Positions 49,506 through 61,168 of a DNA stretch of 64,000 nucleotides are shown here, in pieces. Location: assembly GCA_038087875.1 (NCBI GenBank), contig CM075990.1:6202001-6266000 (forward strand), read 5' to 3'. Position numbers and translations under genes: made by a program. How positions within the stretch are numbered: position 1 is the first letter of the stretch; the number at the start of each line of letters is the position of its first letter. This DNA comes from Malacoraja senta. Taxonomy: Eukaryota. Below the pieces are notes generated by a model. That model was not told the DNA's origin. It did not search any database and saw only the letters and a list, made by a program, of their open reading frames with translations.

Positions 49506-50949
49506 ATTATTTACCTGAAATTTGTTGAGAGATCTGTTTATTTCTCCCAGTTCTTCTATTGTGATACAAAGTCATATTGATCCCATATTACCTGTCTCAT
49601 TATTTGTTTTGTTACATTACTGGAAATACTGACTGGTATGAATTGTTGCTTTTTCTTTGTCATCTGAATTTCCCTTTAAAAGTCCCAATTGGAAATTATA
49701 GCCTTTTCCCTCTCTTATACCAGTCTGTGTGAAAGAAATATTATTACCTGGATTAACATTGATCATCGTTGAGAGAATAATGTATTTGATATTTTACACA
49801 GTTCTCATTGAAATGGGGCAGGATTAGTCTTTTGTTTTGGATCATTCATTTGTACCACATCTCAACTTAATTTATATCTTAAATTTGGTATGATGCCTGT
49901 GCACTGTCTAAAAATGGAAAGTTGTTTCCTTTTTCCTAGTTAGCCATTAACTTCACACAACGTATAATGGAGAAGAGCTTAATATATTTTGCTCATCTGC
50001 CAAAGTGGCCCACAAAGTGGGGTTATTCTAACACTGTATTCCATGAACGTCATATAAAACACCGTTGAAGCAGGATACTTATAAAGTACAGCTTTAAAAG
50101 AACCTATGCACATGTCAAAGGAAAGTACTTTTTATATGTGAGCTACATGGGCAAGGAGAGTATATTTGAAGAATCTTGGAAGAAATATAGTTATTGTTTA
50201 GTGAAAGATCTTAGACGCCACAGCATTAATACTTGGCTAATGTGCTCCTTCTGTAATATACTAAAATATAGAAGTGAAAAGTAAAAGTAAAGAAACTAAA
50301 ATTATCTGTTACACTTTCACCAGTTAGTTATTTTATGACACTACTTCTGGTGTCAAATAAAGCAACAGTATGTCCTCATGCTGCTGCTGTTGGGAACTCT
50401 TAAAGATGAGTGCGTCTTCTGAGTCTTTACATGCCTCGTGCGCGAGGTCAATATCCAGCTACACATTGCCAATGGTCTGGGGTCTGTAGGAATGGTCATG
50501 ATTATAGGTAGTCTAAGTAGGGTGTAGGGATCATCTTAATCCAATCTGGCCAATTTTATTGGTAGGTTTTTGATCTTGATTAAGGGTTGCCACCAGGATC
50601 ATCAGTTACGTATAAAAATTAATCCCCTTAATTACGTTGTTTATTTGTTCTTACTAAAAGGGTCATGCCCATATTTGTGAGTACGGTTTGATTTTTCATA
50701 TTATTGTTTACCTTTCATGAGGTTTAGTTGCTGACCCAACTGACATTTGATGTTGGTGTGTCTTTGCTGGCCGTAACAGCATTCGTATTCAGAAGGCTGC
50801 TGCACATACTTCTCAGGGGTCATTGATATCCCGGTATGCCCTTCCATGGTTGCAGCATCCTTAGTTGGGTGGCCTCTGCAAGCATGTCTGAAGGGGTCAT
50901 TGTTTATGGAATACCCTTCCGGAGACCAAATAGGTGTGGTGTTCGGTCT

Positions 50950-52975
50950 TATTTTCCTTAATCTGTACAAAATTTGGATATGTTCAGTGGGAGCATGTTC
51001 TGTACATGTATTGAGAATATCTGTGTAGGAAAGAACTTCAGATGCTGGTTTGAATCGAAGATAGACACAAAATGATGGAGTAACTCAGCAGGACAGGCAG
51101 CATCTCTGGAGAGAAGGAATGGGTGACGTTTCGGGTCGAGGTGGGTCTGAAGAAGGTTCTCGACCCGAATCGACACCCATTCCTTCCCTTCAGAGATGCT
51201 GCCAGTTCCACTGAGTTACTCCAGCATTTTATGTCTACTAAGAATATCTATTGTCAGCCGAGTTGTAAAGCTGGAGACATATTTGGCAAATGTCTTGTAT
51301 CTGCTGATCTTAAGATACTTCATATGATATTCATCCACTTTCCTCTGGCCCCTATAACAAAGCCAAAGTAATCGAATTCTTGTCCTTTTGACTTTTCTCT
51401 GACCTGTTCTGTTAGATGGTTATATTTTTCACTTCTTTCTTCCTATGCCTTGGTGAGACACTGGTCGCTATTCTTGAACCAGATTGTCACGTCTACCACA
51501 GCTGCCACCATTTCCTTTGCAAATATTAGATCTGCCTTCAAATCTTAGTGCACCATCATCAAATCTTAAATGAGGTTTCACAACAGTCGACCAACCATAT
51601 TTGCCTGCCTTTTCTTTCAGGCACTCCATGATCATTTTGCGTCTTTTGATTTTTGCATTCTTGATGCTTAGGCACCAACCGGAGATATGTTCTATCTAGG
51701 GTCTCATTGGATACTTCACATCTTCTGTACATTTTGATATGTTGTGTCCTTCCATAACTGGTTGTGCATCTTGTTAAAGATTGCACTTGAGCAAAAGTCT
51801 GGTGCGATTTCCAGCCGTTATTGTACACCATCCATGAGTTTTATGAACTTTTATCCTCACGCTTTTTATCCTATATCTTTGGCAAATTAGACGCGTCAAT
51901 TTTTGGTACTCTGGACCTCTCCAGTTACAATAGATGTTGGATGGGTTCTGTCTTCCTTTGTCTGAGGTTGGATCTGCTATGGGGCCTCTTTGTCATGCCT
52001 TCGTGGTATACTTTTCTTCTGGAATTCTTCAATTTCTTTAAGAACATCCAGTGATTTCAATTACTCCACCTGGGTAATATTTTTCTTTCTTGTCATTTGG
52101 ATCACGCTTCAATAACGTTATCATCAGAATGTTCCAAGGATAATCTTTCCCTGATGACAACTGATGGTATTTGAACCTCTAGTTTGGGCAGGCACAGTCC
52201 CTTGAATAGAGGATCCCATCCTTCGTCTCACTTGGCAGGTGGAGGATCTGTTACCGTTTTCTTTATGAGAGTAAGGTGGAAATACACTCTTGGGACCTCG
52301 TGGGCTCTATTGATCTAAACTTTCTGTTATGGTTTCAACTCTGTGTTCTTGAGGCTGTCAAACCATTTATCGAGCTTTGAGTGGCAGTTTTCTTTGGTTA
52401 CTCCTGGTTGATCATGCGCCAAGATATTTCTCGATCTCCCCTGGTTTGATATATATGATTGAGCCCTTGTTAATAATCCAGTTCTTCAACGCAATGTTGA
52501 CAAATGGCTTTCTCCTGCTCGCTCACCATATGGAAGCCATTGGTCTTTTTCACATTTACCTCCAGGCTGGTGCCCAGGAAAAAAGTCTGCAGGATTTTCA
52601 TGTTTTCTGTCATTCCAGTGTCAGATTCCCTCAGGATTGCAATGTCATTGCGAAGGCATGAGCTGCACAGCTGTTATATGCTGTTCTCCTCTCATCCACA
52701 CTCATTTTTTCCTTTTCCTAGAGCGTACAAATTAGAGGGTCCATCGCTATGTTAAAGACATTGGATTCCCTTGTTTGATGCCTCTTATAATAAGTATGGG
52801 CTCTGTTCCCTCCTTGCTAACCAACCACCATGATTGTATCAGTGCATAGATCTTCAATGAGATTATGAACCTTTCGAGTGAATTAAACAGCAATCTGACA
52901 AAATCAAATGCTTTAGCCATGTCTACAAAGACAACTACTTATTTGAGTCTCTTTGTGTATCTTGCAACTGCTACC
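50950..52975 (-). mobile_element. Decayed R2-clade non-LTR retrotransposon (RT, CCHC knuckle, restriction-like endonuclease)
   Basis: Manual minus-strand translation gives VVFVDMAKAFD (52938-52903), GIKQGNPMS and FNIAMDPL, AFA-DIAIL, EKYLG, LKP*QK, YRRC..ETL..HISGWC, KADLIF..VVDVTI, KY and FVIGARGKW. Many stops and frameshifts. Boundaries approximate. Confidence 0.85.
51023..51240. mobile_element. Palindromic Penelope-derived element nested in the R2 fossil
   Basis: TSD AGAATATCT at 51014-51022 and 51241-51249. Inverted arms. Confidence 0.75.
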
Positions 52976-53677
52976 TATTGATCTAAAGGTTATTAAAATT
53001 TAGAGCACCAAATATCATTTTTCCAGTTTGCATATTTATTAGTGAATCCTTTCCAGTATATAACAATTTATAAAGTCTTAAATTTGCTTGACATTTGAAT
53101 GGAACTGCTTTAACGGGGTCACATTGAACCTAGATGGTTGAGCTGAAGCAAACCTCCGTTGTTATAGGACTGTTGAAGGTTTAAATTGTTCACTGTACAA
53201 ATGATGTATTTTGTACATTGTGTATATCAGAATATCTCTTTGATAGATATTGTATGAAATGGCAAAGTTTGAACACGGGAATTGTATAATGAAAATAAAT
53301 GTGTTAAAGCCATAATGAAATTGAAATGTTTTGAAAGGAAATTCTTAATTTCTACTTTGCATTTGAAATGAACTTCATGGAGGGATTTTGAAATCCTGAA
53401 ATAGCATAGTTGATTTCTGGATTTAAATTACACATTTTGATTAAAGCAGAAGTGTTTTGATACGACTGTCAATGCAGTGCAATTCGGAAGAACCAGATCT
53501 ACAATGGAATGTGGCCATAATCAAACTTCTTATTCAACTTTATTGGTATTTTGTTGATCTCTCTCCATTACTAAAAGCAATTGTAAGGTGCAAGAGAATA
53601 TCTTCATATTTAAAAAAGCTGTTGAGGTTGTATCATGACACTAACAGATTGCATTTGGAGTAAACTTACCATGTTTA

Positions 53678-53792
53678 ATAGTCAATAAATGCTGACCATA
53701 TGGGAATTGTGCTGTGCTGAAAAATGCTGACCATATAGTCAATAAATAAATAAATGCTGACCATATAGTCAATAAATGATTTGACCATATGG
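53678..53792. repeat. Imperfect tandem repeat (ATAGTCAATAAATGCTGACCAT units)
   Basis: TGACCATAT four times and ATAGTCAATAAAT three times within about 115 bp. Confidence 0.7.
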
Positions 53793-53999
53793 GAAGTTGT
53801 GCTGTACTGAAAGCACTTCCTGACTTAACAGGAAGATCCTATTGCAAACCATCAACTTGTACAGACACACGGCACAGAAGCAGGCCCTTTAGCTCATGTA
53901 ATACACACAGACCGTCAACTACCCATGCTCGCAATTCCATGGAACCGACCCTACACATTGACGGGGAGAAGGTTTCTGATGCAATGTGGGTGCAGATTA

Positions 54000-54160
54000 G
54001 GGAAGGCTTCACGCCGTCTGGCCACGCCGCCGGCAGATGCGTGTGAGTGGGTGGGGCGGCGCCTTGACGTGAGGGCTTCGGCACGTACAATGTTGTGACA
54101 GAAAGTTGCCAGGTCGGCAGCAACAACGGCCGCACAAAGGAGCCAGCGTTGGGAAACACA
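54000..54160 (+). promoter_or_regulatory. GFPT1-like proximal promoter / small CpG island with GC box and UPRE
   Basis: CpG-rich patch. GGGCGG near 54054. TGACGTGA at 54065-54072, about 90 nt upstream of the ATG. Confidence 0.65.
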
Positions 54161-54167
54161 ATGTGCG
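54161..54167 (+). CDS. GFPT1: GFPT1-like coding exon 1 (Met-Cys-G, catalytic N-terminal Cys)
   Basis: ATGTGCG|GTAAGT. A 7-nt coding first exon, as in vertebrate GFPT genes. Splices in frame to exon 2 to give MCGIFAY. Confidence 0.88.
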
Positions 54168-55748
54168 GTAAGTCAGCTGCGGGAGATGCCCCCCTCCTGC
54201 CCTATACGTGGGCTCTAGGCTCATCCCTTGCCCTGCCGTGGACACGGCTTTTCCATGGGCTTGCGCTTTGGTAAAACATCTCTCACTGTGTTTTCACATC
54301 GGGAGGCTATCTTCACCGTTTTCTGTTCTATGTTCCAACTTATTGTGAAATTGCTTTTAACTAAAACCCGATGTTTTTGGGGCCTGTTTTAATTCCCTTA
54401 TATGGTAGTGCATATGTTTTCCTTACGTGTCACTACAGAATGTGTAAGCCGTGGGGGAGAAGGCTCGATGGAAACAAATACTCTTATCAAAATGCGTTTG
54501 GAAAATAGTATCTTGGACTGCCCAGACTTTCCATAAGATTACTCCAAACTGGACAGAAGCGAAGTGGGTTATTCTCAGTGATAGCAGAGTTGGATTAAGG
54601 CCGAGTTAGGGGGTCTGACATAGAGGGTCTCAAACTGACATTCAGAGACAACACGTACTAGTGTACAGTGACTGTATAGTCTTGGAATTTTGGGTGTGAT
54701 CATATTATTCAAAAGTTCCCCTTTTTTAACGAGACCCGAACATGAAGCCACTGGTAAAACCCACACTTCTTCCCAGGTTATATAATGACCATTTTCCTCC
54801 AATCTGTATTTTTTTAAGCAAATCATATTCTACAACAGAAAACAGACGCTTGATGTGATGCTTTTATGTTGTTTTGCATTTATCTCAACTCGTAGTTTTA
54901 TATTTTTAACTTTTAAATGCATTTTTTTAAGCGATAAAAGTTTTTTTTTAAACTTTGATCTTGCTCCATGTAATATACTTGTATAGTCGACAGTAAAACT
55001 TTCCAGCATCTGCAGTTCCTTCTTAAACAGGATGCAAACTTTATTGTGCTCACTTAATGAGGTAATATGGAAAATCAACTAAATCCTAAATCAATACATC
55101 AATTTCCTGTGGTCCCTTACCTAAGCAAAATGATGATGGACAATAGGTGCAGGAGTAGGCCATTCGGCCTTTCGAGCCAGCACTGCCATTCAATGTGATC
55201 ATGACTGATCATCCCCAATCAGTACCCCGTTCCTGCCTTCTCCCCATATCCCCTGACGTATGATGTACGTGGAAACTCAGTGCTACCACTCATCAGGGCT
55301 ATTTGACATTACCAACTTGGTGGTAAATCAGAGCTTTTTTCTGTTAATGTATTTTAAGAGGGAGTTCAATTACAGACTAGATTTTCGTACATAATCTCTG
55401 ATATAAAATGATAGTCACTGGGAAAGAGAGGGCGCCTTTACTAATACTCATCACTGCTACTGGAAAAAATTGTCACACCTCTTCTGAAGCACTCACTGGA
55501 GTTACAGTTGTTAGAAATCCAATGGACGGTATTTTTACGAGGGTATCTCAGACTAGCTTCCTTCACACGGTGGAACCTCCTGTGTTGTGGAATTTAATGT
55601 CCTGGATTATTGTTGGTCACAATCCAGCATTGAATGAGGATAAACCTGAAAACAAGTTACCAAAGGTGCACTGCAGTGCTCGGACACGCCTACAGCGGGC
55701 ATGCAGAGTTGGGGGTGAGCCATGACTGTGAAATGGAGCACACTGCAT

Positions 55749-55842
55749 CTGAAGAAGGGTCTCGACCCGAAACATTGCCTATTTCCTTCACTCCATAGAT
55801 GCTGCCTCACCCACTGAGTTTCTCCAGCATTTTTGTCTACCT
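55749..55842 (+). mobile_element. Penelope-derived unit with hammerhead-like core
   Basis: CTGAAGAAGGGTCTCGACCCGAAAC followed by the family tail GATGCTGCCTCACCCACTGAGTTTCTCCAGCATTTTTGTC. Confidence 0.7.
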
Positions 55843-57014
55843 GCATTCCCTCATGTCTCTTTGGTAAAGCATTTGATAGGTTCAGTTGGATCTGGGTCAA
55901 ATGCAAGCTGGTGGGATTAATGTTGTTGGGGCATGTTGGTCGGCATGGGCAGGTTGGGCCAAGGGGCTAGTTTCCAGGCTATGACTAAGCTTGATATTGT
56001 CCAGAACCAAGCATCCACCCTGACTGGTGTCCCGTACACCACACTAAACGTTGACTTATTCCAATGCTGGTGCGTATTAGCTGGAGTGTAGACCGTGTAA
56101 AATGCATTGTAGTTAATCAACAAGGCTACTTCAAGAGGCTACTTCAAGAGGATCTTGCAAATTCATGACTACCAGCAAAAAGGGCAAGGACAGCGTGGTG
56201 AATGAGAACACCACCATCTGCAGGTTCCCTCCAAGTCATATGGAAGTATGTTGCCACTCATTTGTTATCACTGAATCTAAACTCTGGAACACCTCCTCCA
56301 ACAGCACTGTGGGAGCATCTTCACCAGAAGTTCTGCTGCAGTTCAAGAAGGTGGCTCACCTTCGCTTTCTCAAAGATTGATAATTATCGCTGCCATTGGT
56401 AGTGATGGCCAGTTCCCAAAAGTGAATAAGTGTAACATTCTTACACACCAGCTGGAAGCATTAGTTGGTTAGCTGTGGTGCTGCCCTCAATGAGATGTTG
56501 GCTTTTAAACAAATGAATTGGAAACCGAGTCGGGAGCAGCTTTGCTGTATCTGATGGACCAGCCTGCAATGTCGATTTGAAGGTTGAAACGGCAAAACCG
56601 AAGAGCAACTGTTGCTGTAATAGTGAGTAAAGTTGATCAAATACTCAAATACAACTGCAATATAACATACCCGCCATGAATGATGCAGCCCAGCGTGCAG
56701 AAACTTTATTCAACACCCTTTCTACCTGTGATGCTACTTTAAAGGCTTGACTGATGTAGGAACTGGGTGGGAAAGTGGAGGGATCTGGATGTAGCCAAGA
56801 TTTTGTCGAGCAGTGGGGCAGGCTCAAGGACGTGGTTCTATTTATGAGCCGTCTTTACTGTTTTAGAGCTATTATCAATGGTATGTGTGTCTGCATTGTT
56901 TCATGAAGTAAATGATAAGTAGGAAGTGGATGCAATTTGATATTTTATGAGATTTTTATTTTAATTAAACTATTACCGAAATTTAACAGCTGAATCACTT
57001 ATTTTGTTTTCAAG

Positions 57015-57122
57015 GAATTTTTGCCTACCTGAACCACCTTGTTCCACGGACAAGAAGAGAAATCATTGAAATCTTATTCAAAGGGCTTCAAAGACTTGAA
57101 TACCGAGGTTATGATTCAGCAG
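57015..57122 (+). CDS. GFPT1: GFPT1-like (glutamine--fructose-6-phosphate transaminase) coding exon 2; gene continues right of the window
   Basis: (G)[35 protein letters not shown](G), with the GATase-2 [10 protein letters not shown] motif. ttttcaag| acceptor, G|GTAACT donor. 108 nt. YLN and RRE resemble GFPT1 more than GFPT2. Confidence 0.92.
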
Positions 57123-57806
57123 GTAACTTGACTTTGTTTTTTTGCTTGAGAAACTGAACTTGCATTTATAGTCAAGAGTGTTTGATTGTCATTTGTACTG
57201 AACAATGAATTCTTGCTTGCTGCAGCTTAACAGCAATAACACACCGATAGAGTTAACAGCTGGTAACCATAGTAGTTAAAGTGATGTCTGTAATGCAACC
57301 AAAGACAGTCCATATAGTTGCGGAAGTAGTGGTTAGTCTTCGAGAGGCAGTCTTCGAGAGGCAGACGACTGTTGCGAAGAAGCAGTTCTGAAACCTGGTG
57401 GTCACGGTTTTTTGGCTCATCTGTCATCTTCTCTATGGTAGGAGAGAAATGGGAGCATGGCCAGGGTGATGTGGGTCTTTGATATTGGCTGCCTTTGTGA
57501 GGTACTGCTTCCCATAGATCCCCTTGATGGTGGGGAAGACAATACCTGTGATGTACTGGGCAATGTCTACCACTCTCTGTAGCCTCCTGAGCATTCGAGT
57601 TGCCGAACCAGGCCTTGATGCAACGAGTGCTCTTTGTACACATGTAAAAGTTCAATTGAGTATATTAGTTTAAATTCCGCATCTCCTCATTCTTTTAAGT
57701 GATTGGAGGTATTGAAGAGTTTTCTTTTTGCTTTCAATGTGTTGGGCCCAAGACAGATATTCAGAGATGTGCAGGCTCAAGCACTTGGAAGTTGTGGCTC
57801 TTTCTA

Positions 57807-57851
57807 CCACTGTAGAGGCCCACTGTAGAGGCCCACTGTAGAGGCCCACTG
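57807..57851. repeat. 13-bp tandem repeat CCACTGTAGAGGC x3
   Basis: Directly visible. Confidence 0.85.
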
Positions 57852-59157
57852 AACCTGGACACATTTGTTTCGCTTCCTGAAGTGCTTTTGAATTGCTTTT
57901 GGCAAGGTAGTGGTGAATTGCACCTTGAATTGTAGCAGTCCTTTTTGGTGAAGGTCTTCTTGGGTAAGGACTACCAGCATTTAGACCCATGAAGGATCAA
58001 GGATCTGTGATAGATTTCCATGTCAGACAACGGTAAGAAATTTGGAGGAGAGCGTCCAGATAATGGGTACTCATGAGCATAAAGCCTTTTTCCTTCTTGG
58101 TGGTAATGGTCACAGGCTTCTGAGTTGCTGTTGGAGTGGTGTGGATGGGTGGCTGTTTAGGATCGTTGATGGGGTGCCAGTGCCACAGGCTCACTTGAAT
58201 TCGATGTTGTTGAGTTTCTTGAGAGTTGTTGGACTCCACTTGTCCAAGCAAGTAGCAAGTCCAAGAGAGAGTTGGATGTGGCTCTTAGGGCTAATGGAAT
58301 CAAGGGATATGGGAAGAAAGCAGGAACGGGGTAAGTAAGGCAGCAATCTGATGGTGTCAAATTCTTCTTTTGTGCACTGGAGTATCAGCCCAGGTCTTGA
58401 GGTGAAACACCAGAGCAGGACAAATCCTCAATCAGTCACAAACCTGGGTTGCAACAGATGACGACCAGGGCAATGAGATATTTGAAGTTTAGTTAAATAT
58501 TGTCAAGTGTACTGAAGTACAGTGAAAAGCTTATGTTTGAGTGCTATCCAGTCAAAGAAAAGACTATACATAAATCCAGTCTGAAGAAGGGTCTTGACTC
58601 AAAGCGTCACCACTTCCTTATCTCCAGAGATGATTCCTAACCCGCTGAGTTACTCCAGCATTTTGTGTCTATCTTCATACAGGATTGCGATCTAGCCATC
58701 CACAATTCACAGATGAAAGATAAAGGGTACAGCAGTTAGTGCATGATAAAGTCAGACTAAAGATAGTTAAGGTCTCCAAGAAGGTAGATGGGAGGTCAGG
58801 ACTGCATTCTAGCTGATGAGAGGAGTGTATAGTTGCCTGATTACAGCTTTGCTTCCTGAAGTTGCTCGCAATCTCCTCTGTATGGCTGACATTGGGGGAG
58901 AGGTTAAAGCACAGTGTTCGGGCATGCGTTCAACAGAGTTTCAGGTTGAATCCTGATGCTGGGTTAGTCATTCCTTTCCGTCCACAGGTGCTGCCTGACC
59001 CACTGAGATCATCCAGTTGTTTGTTGGTCCAAAGTCACATCCTCCATTATTTTGCTAAGACACACCCAAAGTTCCGAGAGCACTAGGATCTTTGGACACA
59101 CCCATGCCTGTTGAACAGGTTTACTCAGGTGCAACTGGTTTTTGAGTCTGCTGCAAG

Positions 59158-59850
59158 CAGGGGCGGAATACCCGGGGGGGGGGCAGAGGGGACACGTCCC
59201 CCCCATGTTTTGAGTGGTGGAGGACATCCCCCCCCCCCCCCCCCAAGTTTTTGTGATCCATATTTTAAAATCTCAGCTTTCCACGAGACAGTGGGGGTGG
59301 GACTGATGATAGAGGGCGCGATGATTGGAGGAGGGAGGAGTGGGGGGGGGGGGTGGGACTGAGGATAGAGTGCGGCGATTGGAGGAGGGAGACGTGGCAC
59401 AGATCTGCGCCTCATCCGCAGGCAGGATCGATCCCGGCCAGGTCTCCGGTGCTGTCCCGAGTGCCCCCCCCTCCCCCACGGGTGGCTAGAGAGGTTGGGA
59501 GTCAGACGCGAGCTATGCCCCCAGGCCCACAGCCAGCGCAGAGAAGCAGCGCTAAACCCAGCTCAACTCAGCCTGTCCCGCCAGGTGAACCTGCCTGGGC
59601 TTGCGGGAAATATGGCTAGCGCGGAGAAGCAGTGCTGGTATCCCGTCAGTCCAGCCAGGGGCTGTAGTTAACCCGGTGAGACAGGCAGAGTTGAGCTGCA
59701 TTTAGCGCTGGATTGAGCCTCCGAAGCCTTGCGCGCGTGTGTGTGAGTGTGCGCATGCGCGCGTGTGTGTGAGTGTGCGCATGCGCGCGCGGCCGCCAAA
59801 AAATTGTGTCCCCCGTCCCCTCCATGTTTTGATAGCGAGTTCCGCTCTTG
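59158..59850. mobile_element. Putative non-autonomous DNA transposon (hAT-like ends) in GFPT1 intron 2
   Basis: CAGGGGCGGAA...TTCCGCTCTTG imperfect TIR, subterminal GTCCCC motifs and an internal inverted repeat. No clear TSD. Confidence 0.5.
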
Positions 59851-60588
59851 GGCCTGAAAGCATTGCTCTCGAGACATTTTTGGTGCTCCTTTTAGAGTGG
59901 CTAAAATGGTGCAGAAGGACTGCTTTGTCAAGGTGGTCCTTATTTAAGCATCTACCTTGGATGCATCTGAACCACTGGGTGTAATTGTGATGCCTGGTCC
60001 TTCCTTTACAAGACTGAGCTCAGGGCATGGATGAGAATCTAGCAGTCTCTTTGACATGGTGAGGGAAGGGGAGGGGATGATGCAACAGATGGTAGCATTG
60101 CCTTGGAACAAAAGGTCCAGAGAGAGTCCAGGTAGGTCAGGAACACTGAAGTCTGGAGAAAGGGTTCAGTCTTTGGTGCCAAGTAAGTGGCAGTGAGGCA
60201 AAGGTGACTGAAGAAGAACACAGTGCACTGGGCTTGGAATTCATGAAGATGAGGAAGTAAGAGAAGGAAGTTAAGGGCTGGTTATCCACGATTGAAGAGG
60301 GCCAGATCAGAAGGAAGCGGCAAAGAGTATAGCACGAGTGTATTGGGTTCAGAAGAAAGGACAAGGACAAAGGACAAAGGACATTTATTATCATATACAC
60401 CAATTGGTGCAGTGAAATTCGACTTGCCAATGCAGCACACGAATAAAGATAATACACAACATTAAAGAATTTAACAGTAAACATAAAAACATCCCCCCAC
60501 AATGGTTCCCATTGTGGGGGAAAGCAGCAAAAGTCGAGTCCCAAAAGGTCATTGTATATTAATGATTTGGCTTAATTTTATGGCCTAA

Positions 60589-60969
60589 AGGGCCTGCCCC
60601 ACTTAGGAGACCTAAACAGCAACCTCTGGTGACCTTGTCCGCCACCCAAAAAAAAGGCAAGGTCGAGGTGACCTGTAACCTCCTACCACCTCCTTACGCA
60701 GATGTTGAAAACCTTCCTCGACTATGAAGAAAACCGGCTTCGACTAGACCTGCGACTAAAAAATTATCGATTTAAAAAACGGCAACCTATTTTTAGTCGA
60801 GGCCGGTTTTAAACATGATGAAAAAATAGCGGCAACCTAGATGAAGCCTCGACCACGTGGAAACCACTTTCGACCATTAGGGAGAGTGACCAAAACCGCA
60901 TGGAAACCTTGGGTGGCGGGTAAGGTCACCAGAGGTTGCTGTTTAGGTCTCCTAAGTGGGACAGGCCCT
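60589..60969. mobile_element. PIF/Harbinger MITE #4
   Basis: TAA|AGGGCCTGCCCCACTTAGGAGACCTAAACAGCAACCTCTGGTGACCTT...AAGGTCACCAGAGGTTGCTGTTTAGGTCTCCTAAGTGGGACAGGCCCT|TAA. Confidence 0.85.
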
Positions 60970-61168
60970 TAATTCTACAACTATCATTTATGACTTTAGT
61001 ATTTGTATTTAGTGGTTATTGAAGCTTATGTAGTCTGCCTGAATAGAAGAAGGGAAAAGTCAAATAGGAACCTCGTGGGGGTGGGGGGGGCACCTTTTCA
61101 CACAGATGGTGGAGGTTAAATGGAACAAGCTGCCAGAGGAGGTGGTTGAGGCAGGTACTATAACAACA

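Noticed and set aside
50225..50245. TTGGCTA as a remnant of the 28S R2 target site
   Set aside because: Only about 7 nt match, with no further 28S similarity, so consistent with chance.
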